Positions 1 through 10,445 are shown, counted from the first letter of the stretch. The stretch: 64,000 nucleotides of DNA from Acidobacteriota bacterium (GCA_031415455.1 JANORS010000005.1:134123-198122); one strand, 5' to 3'. The notes: generated from the letters alone by a model not told the origin. Made by a program: numbers and translations.

Positions 1-873
1 ATTGAACTTCAGCTAAAAGCTGCGATGCGACTCAATGAATTTCGCAAGAAAAACGGCTCGCTTGAGTTTGAATCTGTCGAATCTGTTCCGGTTTTTGATG
101 GCGAAAAAACAAAAGATTTACGAATAACTCAAACAAATTCCGCACGCAAAATTATCGAGAATTTTATGGTGACGGCAAATGTTGAAATGGCAGAATTTCT
201 TGATTCAAAAAATTTTACAAGCCTTCGTCGAATTGTGAAAACTCCGGCACGTTGGGATGGAATTCGCGAAATTGCAGAGAAATATGGCGTAAATTTGCCG
301 CTTGAGCCAAATTCGGCTTCCCTTTCAGACTTTCTAAAAACCCGAAAAAAAGCAAATCCTGAACAGTTTCCCGATCTTTCGTTGTCGATTGTAAAGTTAA
401 TCGGCTCGGGCGATTATGTTGTCCAAAAACCAAAAGAAACCGGCGACGGACATTTTGGGTTGGCTGTCCGTGAATATACGCATTCGACCGCACCAAACCG
501 CCGTTATCCAGATTTAATTGTGCAAAGATTAGTAAAAGCAGCGTTGAAAGGAGAAAAATCGCCGTATTCGGACGAAGAATTATCTGAAATTGCCGCACAA
601 TGTAACGAACGTGAAAGTGCTGCACGAAAAGTTGAACGTAAGATGCGAAAAGTAATTGCAGCAAGCGTTATGCAAGACCGAATTGGTGAAAAATTTGACG
701 CAATTGTTACAGGAATCAACTCGAATGGAACTTTTGCGAGAATTTTGCGTCCACCTGTTGACGGCAGAATTGTTGTAGGCGAAAACGGTTTGCGAATTGG
801 TCAAAAAGTTGAAGTTAAACTGCTCGCGACCAATATTCACAATGGTTATATTGATTTTGCTTGCCGCGAATAA
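1..873 (+). CDS. rnr: RNase R / RNase II-family 3'-5' exoribonuclease, C-terminal part (5' end lies outside the window)
   Basis: The frame is open from base 1. RNB motif YTHSTAPNRRYPDLIVQR is followed by an S1-like C-terminal domain (GEKFDAIVTGINSNGTFARI). TAA stop. Confidence 0.8.
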   Translation: MELQLKAAMRLNEFRKKNGSLEFESVESVPVFDGEKTKDLRITQTNSARKIIENFMVTANVEMAEFLDSKNFTSLRRIVKTPARWDGIREIAEKYGVNLPLEPNSASLSDFLKTRKKANPEQFPDLSLSIVKLIGSGDYVVQKPKETGDGHFGLAVREYTHSTAPNRRYPDLIVQRLVKAALKGEKSPYSDEELSEIAAQCNERESAARKVERKMRKVIAASVMQDRIGEKFDAIVTGINSNGTFARILRPPVDGRIVVGENGLRIGQKVEVKLLATNIHNGYIDFACRE

Positions 874-884
874 TATAAAGAAAT

Positions 885-2798
885 TTAATCTAAAAACTCT
901 CTCATCCAAAGTTCGAAAGTCAGCAATTGAAAAACTTGCAGATTATAATCTTCTTTGCCTGAATCATTGAGTTCGACTATTCTTTTTACCTCTGCAACGT
1001 TGAAAAATCCGCGACGTCTTATTGTTTCTTCAGAGAGCAAATCATCGATCATTGGTTTGAGAGATGTTCGCAGCCAACTTCTAATTGGAGCACTAAAACC
1101 AGCTTTTTTACGCCAAACCATTTCCTTTGGGAGCAAACTTTCAGCAGCTTTTTTTAAGATATATTTTCGCTCTAAACCTTTCATTTTCAAGGTGTTTGGA
1201 AGTTTTGCGGTCAATTCCAACAGTTCGTTATTTAGAAACGGAACGCGAACTTCGAGATTTGCCGCCATTGATGTTTTATCAGTTGTATCAAGATTTAATG
1301 CGGGCATAAACGTCTTAAAATCGACATACAATAAGCGATTTAATGGCGAAAAATCTTTAGATTTCTCAAAATATTGTTTGTGATATTTATAAGCGTCAAA
1401 TTGGGCGGAGCTTTCTTGAAAATCGGTTGAATAAATTCGCGATTTCATCTCATCATTAAAATATGTGCCAAACCCGAGATAGCGATTTTCGAAATCCATT
1501 GCCGCTGATTTTGCAAATTTCTTTGCGTTTCGCATCGGTGCTGTGAGCTTTCCTTTCATTCCGCCATAAAGCAAACTATCGACTGTTTTCAACAGCGGAC
1601 GTCGAATTGCAGTCGGCATAAAGTCTAATTTTCCTGCAATTTGCATCGCCATATGTCGAGGATAACCAGCGAAAATTTCATCGCCGCCCATTCCTGAAAG
1701 CATCACTTTATTTGTTAAACGAGCCTGTTCGGAAATTAAATATGATGGAATTGCCATATCAATAATTGGTGCTTCCATATGTCGCACTAATTTTGGCAAA
1801 AGCGTTGTTAAATCAGGAGTTAAAAGAATTTCGTGATATTCGATAGGTAAGATTTTCGCAACTTTTCGTGACCATTTAACATCGTCAGGAATAATATCGT
1901 AAGACAAATCTTCAGCAGAAATTGCGGTTGTGTAAGTTGAAACTTTACTCGCATGTTTCGTCATCAAAGCCACGATTGCCGATGAATCAACGCCGCCGCT
2001 CAAAAAAGCTCCAAGCGGAACGTCTGCAATCATTTCCATCTTCGTTACACGGTCGAGAGTTTCTAAAACTTTCTCTCGCCAAATGTTTTCATCAATATTT
2101 GTTTCTTCAACAGAATAATCCAAATCCCACCATTCTTTAATATCAATTTCACCATTTTTCCAAATAAGAAAATGTCCGGGTTGAAGCTGTTTAATATTTG
2201 AAAAAAGGGTATGCGGCGGAACTGTCCAAAGAAACGTCAGAAATTGATGAAAACCTTCCCGATCGAGTTCTGGTTTGATAAGTTTTGACGCGAGAATCGC
2301 TTTTATTTCTGATGCAAAAACAATCTGTTTATCAATTTTACAATAATAGAGCGGCTTTATTCCGGCACGATCGCGGGCGAGTGTGAGAGTTTTTTCATGT
2401 TCGTCCCAAATAGCAAAAGCAAACATTCCATTGAGTTTTGTTAAACAATCAGTTTTCCACTCGACAAAAGCATTTAATAAAACTTCCGTGTCAGAATCGG
2501 TCTGAAAAACATAACCTTTTGTTTCGAGTTCTTTTTTTACATCAAGATAATTATAAATTTCGCCATTATAAGAAAGAGCAAAACGTTTGTCTGTCGAAAA
2601 AAATGGCTGATTTCCGGCAGCCGAAGTGTCAATTATAGAAAGTCGGCGATGTCCGAGACACGTTTTAAGTTGTTCGTTTCCAAACGGTTCGGAGATAAAC
2701 ACACCTTCATTATCAAACCCGCGATGCTCGATTGATTTGAGCATTTCGCCAATTCGATCATTGGGATTTTGTGTTATTAAACCTGTTATTCCGCACAT
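885..2798 (-). CDS. asnB: Asparagine synthase (glutamine-hydrolysing)
   Basis: 637 aa. N-terminal MCGI class-II amidotransferase nucleophile, SGGVDSS PP-loop, full-length AsnB-like organisation. Confidence 0.9.
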   Translation of the reverse strand: MCGITGLITQNPNDRIGEMLKSIEHRGFDNEGVFISEPFGNEQLKTCLGHRRLSIIDTSAAGNQPFFSTDKRFALSYNGEIYNYLDVKKELETKGYVFQTDSDTEVLLNAFVEWKTDCLTKLNGMFAFAIWDEHEKTLTLARDRAGIKPLYYCKIDKQIVFASEIKAILASKLIKPELDREGFHQFLTFLWTVPPHTLFSNIKQLQPGHFLIWKNGEIDIKEWWDLDYSVEETNIDENIWREKVLETLDRVTKMEMIADVPLGAFLSGGVDSSAIVALMTKHASKVSTYTTAISAEDLSYDIIPDDVKWSRKVAKILPIEYHEILLTPDLTTLLPKLVRHMEAPIIDMAIPSYLISEQARLTNKVMLSGMGGDEIFAGYPRHMAMQIAGKLDFMPTAIRRPLLKTVDSLLYGGMKGKLTAPMRNAKKFAKSAAMDFENRYLGFGTYFNDEMKSRIYSTDFQESSAQFDAYKYHKQYFEKSKDFSPLNRLLYVDFKTFMPALNLDTTDKTSMAANLEVRVPFLNNELLELTAKLPNTLKMKGLERKYILKKAAESLLPKEMVWRKKAGFSAPIRSWLRTSLKPMIDDLLSEETIRRRGFFNVAEVKRIVELNDSGKEDYNLQVFQLLTFELWMREFLD

Positions 2799-2943
2799 AA
2801 GATAAAGAATTTAACGCAAAGTCGCTAGGTCGCACAGACTCAAAGTAAAGAAACGGACAATTACGCGGTAAATTTTTTGCTACATTCTTAAACTTTGCGT
2901 CTTGTTATCTTTGCGGCTTTGGGTTGAAATCGCTTCAAAATTC

Positions 2944-3447
2944 TCAACCCAATTTCGCCAACCAAATTGGCAATGGAAGCCATTTATTTTCGCCAAAAAT
3001 TTCTACATTTAGATTCCCGATTTTTGTTTCAATTCGGTCTTGCAAAAATTGAGGTGGCAAGTCTTCCTCGCGTTCGTAACAAGCGTGCGACACGCATGGA
3101 ACAGGTTTTGAATCGCCATGAACTGTGCAACCAATTCCTTTTTCAAAAAGCGGACACGAATATTTTTGCTCAAAAGTGTCACCATTTTCTGACAAATTAT
3201 AGTTTAAAATTGTCTGTTCAACTTTAGTTTTTACATTTAAAAAATTATTTTCATTTTTGAGCTTTTCGACAATTGCTAGTGCTTCAAGTTGAGTTATATG
3301 AACATTTACGAAATGAGCGTCAGTGCAACAAATACCTTGAGTTTCGCAAGTTAAGCAACTTTTTGCTTTGAATTCAAAATTTTCTTGAATGAGCGATTGA
3401 TAAGAAACTTTAATATTTTTTAGATGTTGCAAGCCTTCTTTGATCAT
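2944..3447 (-). CDS. YkgJ/UPF0153-type cysteine-cluster (Zn/Fe-chelating) protein
   Basis: 167 aa. Contains CLTCETQGICC (CxxCx5CC) plus further conserved Cys residues. Confidence 0.55.
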   Translation of the reverse strand: MIKEGLQHLKNIKVSYQSLIQENFEFKAKSCLTCETQGICCTDAHFVNVHITQLEALAIVEKLKNENNFLNVKTKVEQTILNYNLSENGDTFEQKYSCPLFEKGIGCTVHGDSKPVPCVSHACYEREEDLPPQFLQDRIETKIGNLNVEIFGENKWLPLPIWLAKLG

Positions 3448-3452
3448 AAAGT

Positions 3453-4712
3453 TTAAGCAGATTTAAGTTTTTTTTGAATCGAAAAATAATAGATTGCAAC
3501 CACCAATGCGATTGCCATAATTGCGGCGGCTCCAAAAAAATTTCTCATCAAGGTCGTATCGTCAACCTGATTCATTGAATTATTAAGCAAAACTCCGCAA
3601 ATTAAAGGTCCGATAACTCTCGCCAAACTCGCTGCTGATTGCATAATTCCCAAGATTTTTCCTTGATCGCGGTCGTCAGCGTTTTTTGACGCAAGAGTTG
3701 TCATTGAAGGCGAAGCCATTGAGTTTCCAAGTGAAAAGCAGCCTGCACCAAGTAACAAAGCCAAAAGTCCGCCCGAGTCTTTACTAACAAATGGAATTGC
3801 AATAAAACTCAAAACCAACATCAAACACCCAAAAATTGAAAGTTTTGCTTCGCCAAATCTTTTCGCAAGCCTGCCAAACAATACACCTTGCATTAGAACG
3901 GCAAGAAACCCAACATAACCAAGCAAATATCCGGTTTCAGCAACGCCGTATCCAAACTTATACATTGTGTAATAAGCAAAAGACGTTGTCATCATTGAAA
4001 AAGCTGTGACGAGCAAAAAATATTGCAACGTGATAGTTGTAAAGCGTTTATCTTGAAAGACTTCTGTAAGTTCAGTAAATCGACTCTGACGCTTAATGTT
4101 TTGATTATTTTCCTCAAATTTCCGCGATTCCGGCAAAATAAAATAGAGCATTAAAGCATTTGCAAAACTTAAAACTGCCGCAAAAACAAATGGAATATGA
4201 TGACCAAACGGACTTAAAATTCCGGCAATTACAGGTCCGAGAATAAACCCGAGACCAAATGCCATACCGAAAAGTCCCATTCCTTTAGCTCGATTTTCTT
4301 TGGTTGTGATGTCTGCGATATATGCTTGAGCAATAGATAAATTTCCACCGGTAATGCCACCAAGAATTCGTCCGGCAAAAATCATCCATAAAGCACCAGC
4401 ATAACCCATCATCAAATAACCAATTCCAGAACCGATAATGCTAATAAACAGAAGCGGTCTGCGTCCGTATTTGTCAGACAGCGTTCCGAGAAAAGGTGAA
4501 AAAATAAACTGCATCAAACTATATGAAGCGACAAGCAACCCGAGATCAAAAGGAGTTGCGTTAAATTCTTCAGCGTAAAAAGTTAGGAGCGGAATTACAA
4601 TTCCAAAACCAATTAAATCGATTAGAATTGTAATAAAAATGATTGCGAGTGGTTTTGTAAAAAACTTTTCCTTAATAATCTGTTCTGTCTGCATTTGGTT
4701 CAAAAGTAACAC
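3453..4712 (-). CDS. MFS transporter (TetA-like drug:H+ antiporter family)
   Basis: 419 aa, about 12 hydrophobic helices, MFS motif A GTLSDKYGRRPLL. Confidence 0.85.
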   Translation of the reverse strand: MLLLNQMQTEQIIKEKFFTKPLAIIFITILIDLIGFGIVIPLLTFYAEEFNATPFDLGLLVASYSLMQFIFSPFLGTLSDKYGRRPLLFISIIGSGIGYLMMGYAGALWMIFAGRILGGITGGNLSIAQAYIADITTKENRAKGMGLFGMAFGLGFILGPVIAGILSPFGHHIPFVFAAVLSFANALMLYFILPESRKFEENNQNIKRQSRFTELTEVFQDKRFTTITLQYFLLVTAFSMMTTSFAYYTMYKFGYGVAETGYLLGYVGFLAVLMQGVLFGRLAKRFGEAKLSIFGCLMLVLSFIAIPFVSKDSGGLLALLLGAGCFSLGNSMASPSMTTLASKNADDRDQGKILGIMQSAASLARVIGPLICGVLLNNSMNQVDDTTLMRNFFGAAAIMAIALVVAIYYFSIQKKLKSA

Positions 4713-5262
4713 GGCGATAAATTTCTGGTAAAGGAATAGTTAAATCAATCGAGGCAAATTCCACAACATCAATCTCTTCATTAAAAAGATAGGTTATCTA
4801 ACCGCCGTTCGCCTGTCTACGATGAACTTGAACTTTTTTTCGCTATTGGTCAACTACGACATACTATTGTTGCAAGCTCTCTATTTGTTGAAATAAAAAG
4901 ACTTTTTCACGGCGGTCAATGCGATTGGTTGATTTTGACACGATTTCAATTATCAAAATTGGATTATTACGGAAATATGAACTTTCTGGGGTTTCTTCGC
5001 AAGAAACTAAAATGTCGGGATAATAATAAACTGTTGGTGTAACGCGAATTTTAATGTCATTAAAAAAAGGTTCGCATGGCGAATCTTTAAGATGATTTGA
5101 AGGAGTATTTACAAGATTTCTTGCAATCCGATTATGATTATCACTCACTCCAGCTATCGCAAAAACTTCCCCATTAAAATATTCGTGTTTAACCGGGCTG
5201 ACTTTTTCGTTTTCCAAATAATCTTCAATACTAATTTTGGTCTTAAATTTCAGTAATCCCAT
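4672..5262 (-). pseudogene. Uma2-family (DUF820) endonuclease gene interrupted by three in-frame TAG codons
   Basis: ORF 4864..5262 carries the Uma2 N-terminal pattern (EYFNGEVF, SDNHNRI, IIEIVSKST..DRREK). Reading on in the same frame past TAG at 4864-4866, 4843-4845 and 4798-4800 gives YVVVDQ / RKKVQVHRRQANGG / ITYLFNEEIDVVEFASIDLTIPLPEIYRRV, the expected Uma2 C-terminus. That reading ends at TAA 4672-4674. Confidence 0.6.
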
Positions 5263-5341
5263 AACGTAATTTTAGCAAATAAATAAATCGTTGTAATATG
5301 TTAGCAGACAAAATACCTTTGAAAGAACTTTGCCAAGACTT

Positions 5342-7204
5342 ATGAGACTAAATTTAAACTTAAAAACGATATTCATTTTTCTAGTTGCCGTATTTTTTAT
5401 GTATCAAGAAAACCTTGAAGCACAGCCTAAAAAGCCGAAAGGCAAAAAACCTGTTGTAGTTGCAGAAATCAAACCCGCGATTCCGGAAATTAATTTTTCT
5501 GTTTCAATGTCGAAACCTTGGACTCATTTGTTAGAAGTTGAAACATCTCTGAAGTGGGCAACTATGCCCGAAAAAACTGACGTAATAATGCCCGTTTGGA
5601 CTCCTGGAAGTTATTTAGTTCGCGAATATGCTCGTCACGTCCAAAACTTTGCCGCAACTGACTCTAATGGCAATCCGATTGCCTGGCAAAAATCTTCAAA
5701 AAACACGTGGACAATTGAAACAAAAGGCTTGAAAGAAATTAAGTTTTCTTACAAGGTTTATGCTAATGAGCTAACCGTCCGTACCAACGAATTAAACGAT
5801 AATCACGCATTTTTTACGCCAGCTGCTTTGCTGATGCATCCAAAAGGGCAAATTTCTGCACCTTCAAAAGTAAAGATAAATCCTTATAAAGACTGGAAAA
5901 TTGCAACCGGTTTACCAAAAAGCGGAGACGACACTTTTGTTGCAGAAAACTTTGACGTTTTATACGATTCTCCGTTTGAAATTGGTAATTTTCGCGAAAT
6001 TAGTTTTGAAGTTCAAGGAAAACCACATCGTTTTGTTATCAATGGTGAAGGAAATTATGACATCGACAAAATTGCGAAAGATACAGCAAAAATAATCGAA
6101 GAAGCATACAAAATATTTGGCGAATTACCTTACAAAGATTACACATTTATTTTAAATTTACGCGGCGGCGGCGGACTCGAGCATCTTAATTCGACAGCTT
6201 TGCAATGGAATCGTTGGGGATTTTCCGGTAGTCGTTATACAGATTTCTTGACACTTGTCGCTCACGAATATTTTCATCTATGGAACGTCAAACGTATTCG
6301 TCCTGATGCTCTCGGTCCTTTTAATTACGAAGCAGAAAACTACACAAAACTGCTTTGGGTTGCGGAAGGTGGAACTTCTTATTTTGAAAATCTACTTGTT
6401 CAAAGAGCCGGATTAATGACCGATAAAACTTTTTTATCAGCAAGAGCTGCCGGAATTCAGGCACTTCAGCAACGTCCAGGGAGATTTGAAACAAGTCTTG
6501 AATCGGCAAGTTTTGACGCATGGATTAAATATTATCGCCAAGATGAAAATTCGGTAAACAATCAAATTTCTTATTACGATAAAGGTGAAATTGTAAACTT
6601 TATGCTCGATTTAGAAATTAGACGTTCGTCAACCGGAACTAAATCGCTCGATGATGTGATGCGTTATCTTTATGCGGAAATTTACAAAAAGAACAAAAAT
6701 TATACGCCGGAAGATTATCAAAAAATTTCGGAAATGATGGCTGGAAAAAGTTTAAATGATTTCTTCAATAAATATGTTCGCGGAACTGATGACATTGACT
6801 ACAACTCAATATTACAAAGTTTTGGACTTGAATTAACAACGCAAAACTCTGACGGACGAGCTTTGGCTTATATTGGTGCTGATTTTGCCCAAGAAGGCGA
6901 TAAATTTACTATTCGGTCAATTTCGGCAGGAACTCCGGCTTATGAACAAGGCTTAAACACGGGCGATCAAATAATTGCGATTGACGGAAATCGAGCCAGC
7001 CAAGCATTTTTAACTAATTATTTAACCGAAAAAAATCCAAACGAAAAAATTAAACTGACAATATTCCGGTTTGATCAATTGCGTGAAGTCGAAATTACTC
7101 TTGGCGGAAGAATTCAACCAAGCTATGCAATTTCTGCAATTAAAAATGCAACTGAAGAGCAGAAAGCCTTGTATTTTGCTTATTTAGGAAAAGATTTAAA
7201 ATAA
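5342..7204 (+). CDS. M61-family metallo-aminopeptidase with C-terminal PDZ domain, secreted
   Basis: Zinc motif HEYFHLWNV, PDZ-like GLNTGDQIIAIDG, N-terminal signal-like helix. The ORF opens at TTG 5330; the first ATG is at 5342. Confidence 0.8.
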   Translation: MRLNLNLKTIFIFLVAVFFMYQENLEAQPKKPKGKKPVVVAEIKPAIPEINFSVSMSKPWTHLLEVETSLKWATMPEKTDVIMPVWTPGSYLVREYARHVQNFAATDSNGNPIAWQKSSKNTWTIETKGLKEIKFSYKVYANELTVRTNELNDNHAFFTPAALLMHPKGQISAPSKVKINPYKDWKIATGLPKSGDDTFVAENFDVLYDSPFEIGNFREISFEVQGKPHRFVINGEGNYDIDKIAKDTAKIIEEAYKIFGELPYKDYTFILNLRGGGGLEHLNSTALQWNRWGFSGSRYTDFLTLVAHEYFHLWNVKRIRPDALGPFNYEAENYTKLLWVAEGGTSYFENLLVQRAGLMTDKTFLSARAAGIQALQQRPGRFETSLESASFDAWIKYYRQDENSVNNQISYYDKGEIVNFMLDLEIRRSSTGTKSLDDVMRYLYAEIYKKNKNYTPEDYQKISEMMAGKSLNDFFNKYVRGTDDIDYNSILQSFGLELTTQNSDGRALAYIGADFAQEGDKFTIRSISAGTPAYEQGLNTGDQIIAIDGNRASQAFLTNYLTEKNPNEKIKLTIFRFDQLREVEITLGGRIQPSYAISAIKNATEEQKALYFAYLGKDLK

Positions 7205-7205
7205 T

Positions 7206-8507
7206 ATGTTGTGGCGAGATTTAACAAAAATTGTATTGATTTTTAGTTTATTTATATTTTCGGCGTGCGAAAAAAATATCTTCAAATCTTCAGAAGTTTC
7301 GGCAACAACTTTGCGTGACGTTCCGGCTTTGAAACTAAATTTTCGATACGAAGCAGATGTTCCAACTCCTACTATTGCTGAAAAAACTGAACTTACTGAA
7401 CAAAAAAACACGGCAATACAAGCTGATTTTGATCAAAACCGACCTTTAGATGTTTTAGAGAAAACTCTTTCTTCGCCCGATAAACAAAGGTCTTTAGCAA
7501 TTTACCGAAAATCTGAAGATCATCCATCAGAGTTTAGACTTGATATGTATGCGTCTGATGGAAAACTGCTCAAAAACATTACACCAAATGGATTGGCGGT
7601 TCATTTTCAAGATTCAATAATTTGGTCTCCTGATGGAAATAATGTTGCTTTTGTCGGAATGATTCGTGTAAATCCGGCAAATCAGCAGCCAATTGTTGCA
7701 GACGCTCCAATTCCACTTGATTTAGAAACAGCAAATTCAAATTTAGAGGTTAATGCAAACGTTAATTCGAATATCGACGCAAATGCAAACACCAACGTTG
7801 CACCAAAAACTGAAAACGGAAAAGCAGTTTTAACTCTGCGAACTGAGCAACTTTATACATGCAATCGCGAAGGAAACGAACTAAAAATATTAACGCAAAA
7901 CGATGGTTTAATTTACTTTTACTTTGTTTGGTCGCCAGACAGTTTGGCACTCGTCGCACTTGCTGCAACTTGGAAAGAATGGCAGATTGGACAATTACAA
8001 GCTGACCGAAATGGCGAAATTTTTATTCCTAGCGGCAGACCAAGAGTAGTTGAAAAAAACGGTCGTGTTCGTATTTTAGATGATAATGTGACGAAAGTTC
8101 ATCCTGTTTGGTCACCTGATTCTTCAAAAATCGCCTTAGCTTTTGATAAAGATATTCGTATAAATGATGCAATTGGAAACTCTCCAACACAGGCTTCAAT
8201 TCCTCTCAAAAATAAATTATTAGAATCATCTGAAGTTTACGAAGAGTTTGTAAAGCGAACCGAAGCCGGAGAAAATGTCACTATTGATGTTGTAAAAAAC
8301 AGTAATTCAAATTCTGGTGTTAGAACTTTGCCCGCGGAAGATTCGCTTGTTTCTTTCAATCCAATATCAGAACTTCAATGGACAAACGACAATTTACTTT
8401 ATTTACAGACAGCTTTTATAAAAGACTATAAAGAATCGGCAAATAACACACGCAGTTTTTTGCGTTGGCATCGTCTGGCTTTAAGTCCGCAATCTGTTAG
8501 CTATTAA
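7206..8507 (+). CDS. Lipoprotein with TolB/PD40-like beta-propeller repeats
   Basis: Lipobox IFSAC, repeated WSPDG/WSPDS motifs, Asn-rich low-complexity insert. Starts 2 nt after the upstream stop. Confidence 0.55.
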   Translation: MLWRDLTKIVLIFSLFIFSACEKNIFKSSEVSATTLRDVPALKLNFRYEADVPTPTIAEKTELTEQKNTAIQADFDQNRPLDVLEKTLSSPDKQRSLAIYRKSEDHPSEFRLDMYASDGKLLKNITPNGLAVHFQDSIIWSPDGNNVAFVGMIRVNPANQQPIVADAPIPLDLETANSNLEVNANVNSNIDANANTNVAPKTENGKAVLTLRTEQLYTCNREGNELKILTQNDGLIYFYFVWSPDSLALVALAATWKEWQIGQLQADRNGEIFIPSGRPRVVEKNGRVRILDDNVTKVHPVWSPDSSKIALAFDKDIRINDAIGNSPTQASIPLKNKLLESSEVYEEFVKRTEAGENVTIDVVKNSNSNSGVRTLPAEDSLVSFNPISELQWTNDNLLYLQTAFIKDYKESANNTRSFLRWHRLALSPQSVSY

Positions 8508-8513
8508 AAAATT

Positions 8514-9068
8514 ATGAATTACAAAACAATTGGTGAAATTTACTCCACAAATGAAGTAATCAGACAACAATTAAAAGAAAAAATCTCGAATTTATCGGAA
8601 GCTCAACTTGTTTTTAAAATGTCTGAAAACAGTTGGACGATTACCGAAATTGTTGAACATATAGCAATTGTTGAAGGCGGAATGGCAAGCATTTGCTCCG
8701 CACTTTTGAAAAAATCTCAGGTAGAAAATTTACCTAATGATGGAAGTGCGAATCTTTCTTCAACATTTGCAGAAAGAACTGCATTACTAAAAGACAGAAG
8801 AAGCCGAAAAGTTGAAGCCCCGGAAAGAGTTTTGCCAAGCGGAACTTTATCAATTGCAGAATCATTAGCAAAAATGGACGAAAATGCTTTAATTTTAAAT
8901 GATCTGCGGCATAGTTTAGAAACTACCGACACTCAAAAAGCCACGTTTCCACATCCATTTTTCGGAGAATTATCTGCAACTGAATGGCTTGTGCTAATCG
9001 GCGGACACGAATTTCGACATATTGACCAAATTGACGAAATTAATGAAAACTTTTCTACACATAAATAA
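8514..9068 (+). CDS. DinB-superfamily (DinB_2) protein
   Basis: 184 aa. W..TEIVEHI near the N-terminus and GHEFRHIDQI near the C-terminus, the metal-binding His pattern of DinB folds. Confidence 0.7.
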   Translation: MNYKTIGEIYSTNEVIRQQLKEKISNLSEAQLVFKMSENSWTITEIVEHIAIVEGGMASICSALLKKSQVENLPNDGSANLSSTFAERTALLKDRRSRKVEAPERVLPSGTLSIAESLAKMDENALILNDLRHSLETTDTQKATFPHPFFGELSATEWLVLIGGHEFRHIDQIDEINENFSTHK

Positions 9069-10438
9069 TGAAACAAAAAATCAAAATCCTTCTCGCGGAT
9101 GATGACCCGATTTTACGGCGTATTTTACCATTTCAACTTTCCTCAAATGAGTTTGAAACAACTGCGGTAGAAAGCGGTCAAACTGCACTCGAAGCTCTCC
9201 GAAAACAAGATTTTGATATAGTTTTGCTCGATGTAAACTTGCCTGATGCTTCTGGTCTAGAAATATTACAAACTATCAAACAAAGTGAAGATTCGCCGGA
9301 AGTTGTGATGCTGACGGCTGATAATTCGCTAAAAACCGGAATTGAAGCAATGAGACGCGGAGCTTACGAATACATCACAAAACCTGCGATTCCCGAACAA
9401 GTTGAACAAATTATTCGCAAAGCAATAGAAAAACGAATTTTAATTCAACAAAATGCCCGTTTGAGAGTTGTCGCAAAACAGCAAAACACAAAAACGTTCA
9501 TCTCACCCGTTCATATAAACCCTGTTATGACAAAGATTTACAGTCAGGCAGAAATGGTTGCTAAAATTGACACAACAGTTTTAATTACTGGTGAATCTGG
9601 AACCGGAAAAGACGTTTTGGCTCGTTGGATTCATAATAAAAGCCCGCGAGCAGATTTTTCTTTAGTTTCAATAAATTGCGGTGCTTTGCCCGAAAATTTA
9701 TTTGAATCTGAATTTTTTGGACACGAAAAAGGTTCATTTACCGGAGCAAATACGCAAAAGCTCGGACTTCTCGAAGCTGCTGATAATTCAACTCTTTTTC
9801 TTGACGAAATTGGCGAACTGCCTTTATCAATGCAAGTAAAACTTCTTCATTTTTTGGAAAATGGAAATTTTCGGCGTGTTGGTGCAACCCGCGACCGCAA
9901 TGTTGATGTTCGCATTGTTGCCGCAACTAATAGACCTTTAGAGTTAGATATTTCAGATGGAAAATTTCGTTCAGATTTGTTTTATCGTCTCAATGTTGTT
10001 TCATTTCACATACCACCTTTGCGTGAGCGTCGCGAGGATATTTCTTCATTAGTTGTATATTTTATCGAAAATTTTAAATCGCGTTTTAATCGTCCAAATT
10101 TAGAATTGTCAGTTGAGGCAAGTAAAACACTAGAAAATTATGAATGGAAAGGTAACATTCGTGAGTTAAAAAACACTTTGGAAAGAGCAATTGTTTTCTC
10201 AGAAAGTGATTTTGTTGAAGAAATTTACGGTTTAAATCAAAACAATTCTCCATCCGTTTTAAGCAAAGTTACTAGCATCAACAATTCGGATAATATTCTT
10301 CCACTTTCGGAAATAGAGAAAAAATACATTCTTGAAGTGTTAACAAATGTTGGCGGAAAGCGTGAAAAAGCTGCGTCAATTCTCGGAATTACTTCCCGAA
10401 CTCTTTATCGAAAACTTAAAGAATTTGGTATGAGTTAA
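9068..10438 (+). CDS. Sigma-54-dependent response regulator (NtrC family: REC, AAA+, Fis-type HTH)
   Basis: REC domain with DIVLLDVNLPD, Walker A GESGTGKD, GAFTGA-type loop GSFTGA, C-terminal HTH AASILGITSRTLYRKLKEFG. Its ATG overlaps the upstream stop (TAATG). Confidence 0.9.
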   Translation: MKQKIKILLADDDPILRRILPFQLSSNEFETTAVESGQTALEALRKQDFDIVLLDVNLPDASGLEILQTIKQSEDSPEVVMLTADNSLKTGIEAMRRGAYEYITKPAIPEQVEQIIRKAIEKRILIQQNARLRVVAKQQNTKTFISPVHINPVMTKIYSQAEMVAKIDTTVLITGESGTGKDVLARWIHNKSPRADFSLVSINCGALPENLFESEFFGHEKGSFTGANTQKLGLLEAADNSTLFLDEIGELPLSMQVKLLHFLENGNFRRVGATRDRNVDVRIVAATNRPLELDISDGKFRSDLFYRLNVVSFHIPPLRERREDISSLVVYFIENFKSRFNRPNLELSVEASKTLENYEWKGNIRELKNTLERAIVFSESDFVEEIYGLNQNNSPSVLSKVTSINNSDNILPLSEIEKKYILEVLTNVGGKREKAASILGITSRTLYRKLKEFGMS

Positions 10439-10445
10439 AAAACAC

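Noticed and set aside
215-909. ORFs 215..664, 504..719 and 580..909 on the minus strand, opposite the RNase R gene.
   Set aside because: They are shadow ORFs fully inside a longer gene with clear RNB/S1 motifs. Their translations are low-complexity, with no start context. The same reasoning applies to 955..1383, 1127..1309, 1922..2140 and 2438..2638 inside asnB.
4672-5262. The idea that TAG is reassigned to a sense codon in this organism, prompted by three in-frame TAGs here and one in the IS3 orfA remnant.
   Set aside because: Several well-defined genes end at TAG at the position expected from homologues. Examples are the tricorn-like protease at 18956, psuG at 33094-33096, obg at 34134-34136, comF at 36665-36667 and the gene ending at 30566-30568. 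Where checked, another stop follows within a few codons. Global reassignment is not supported.
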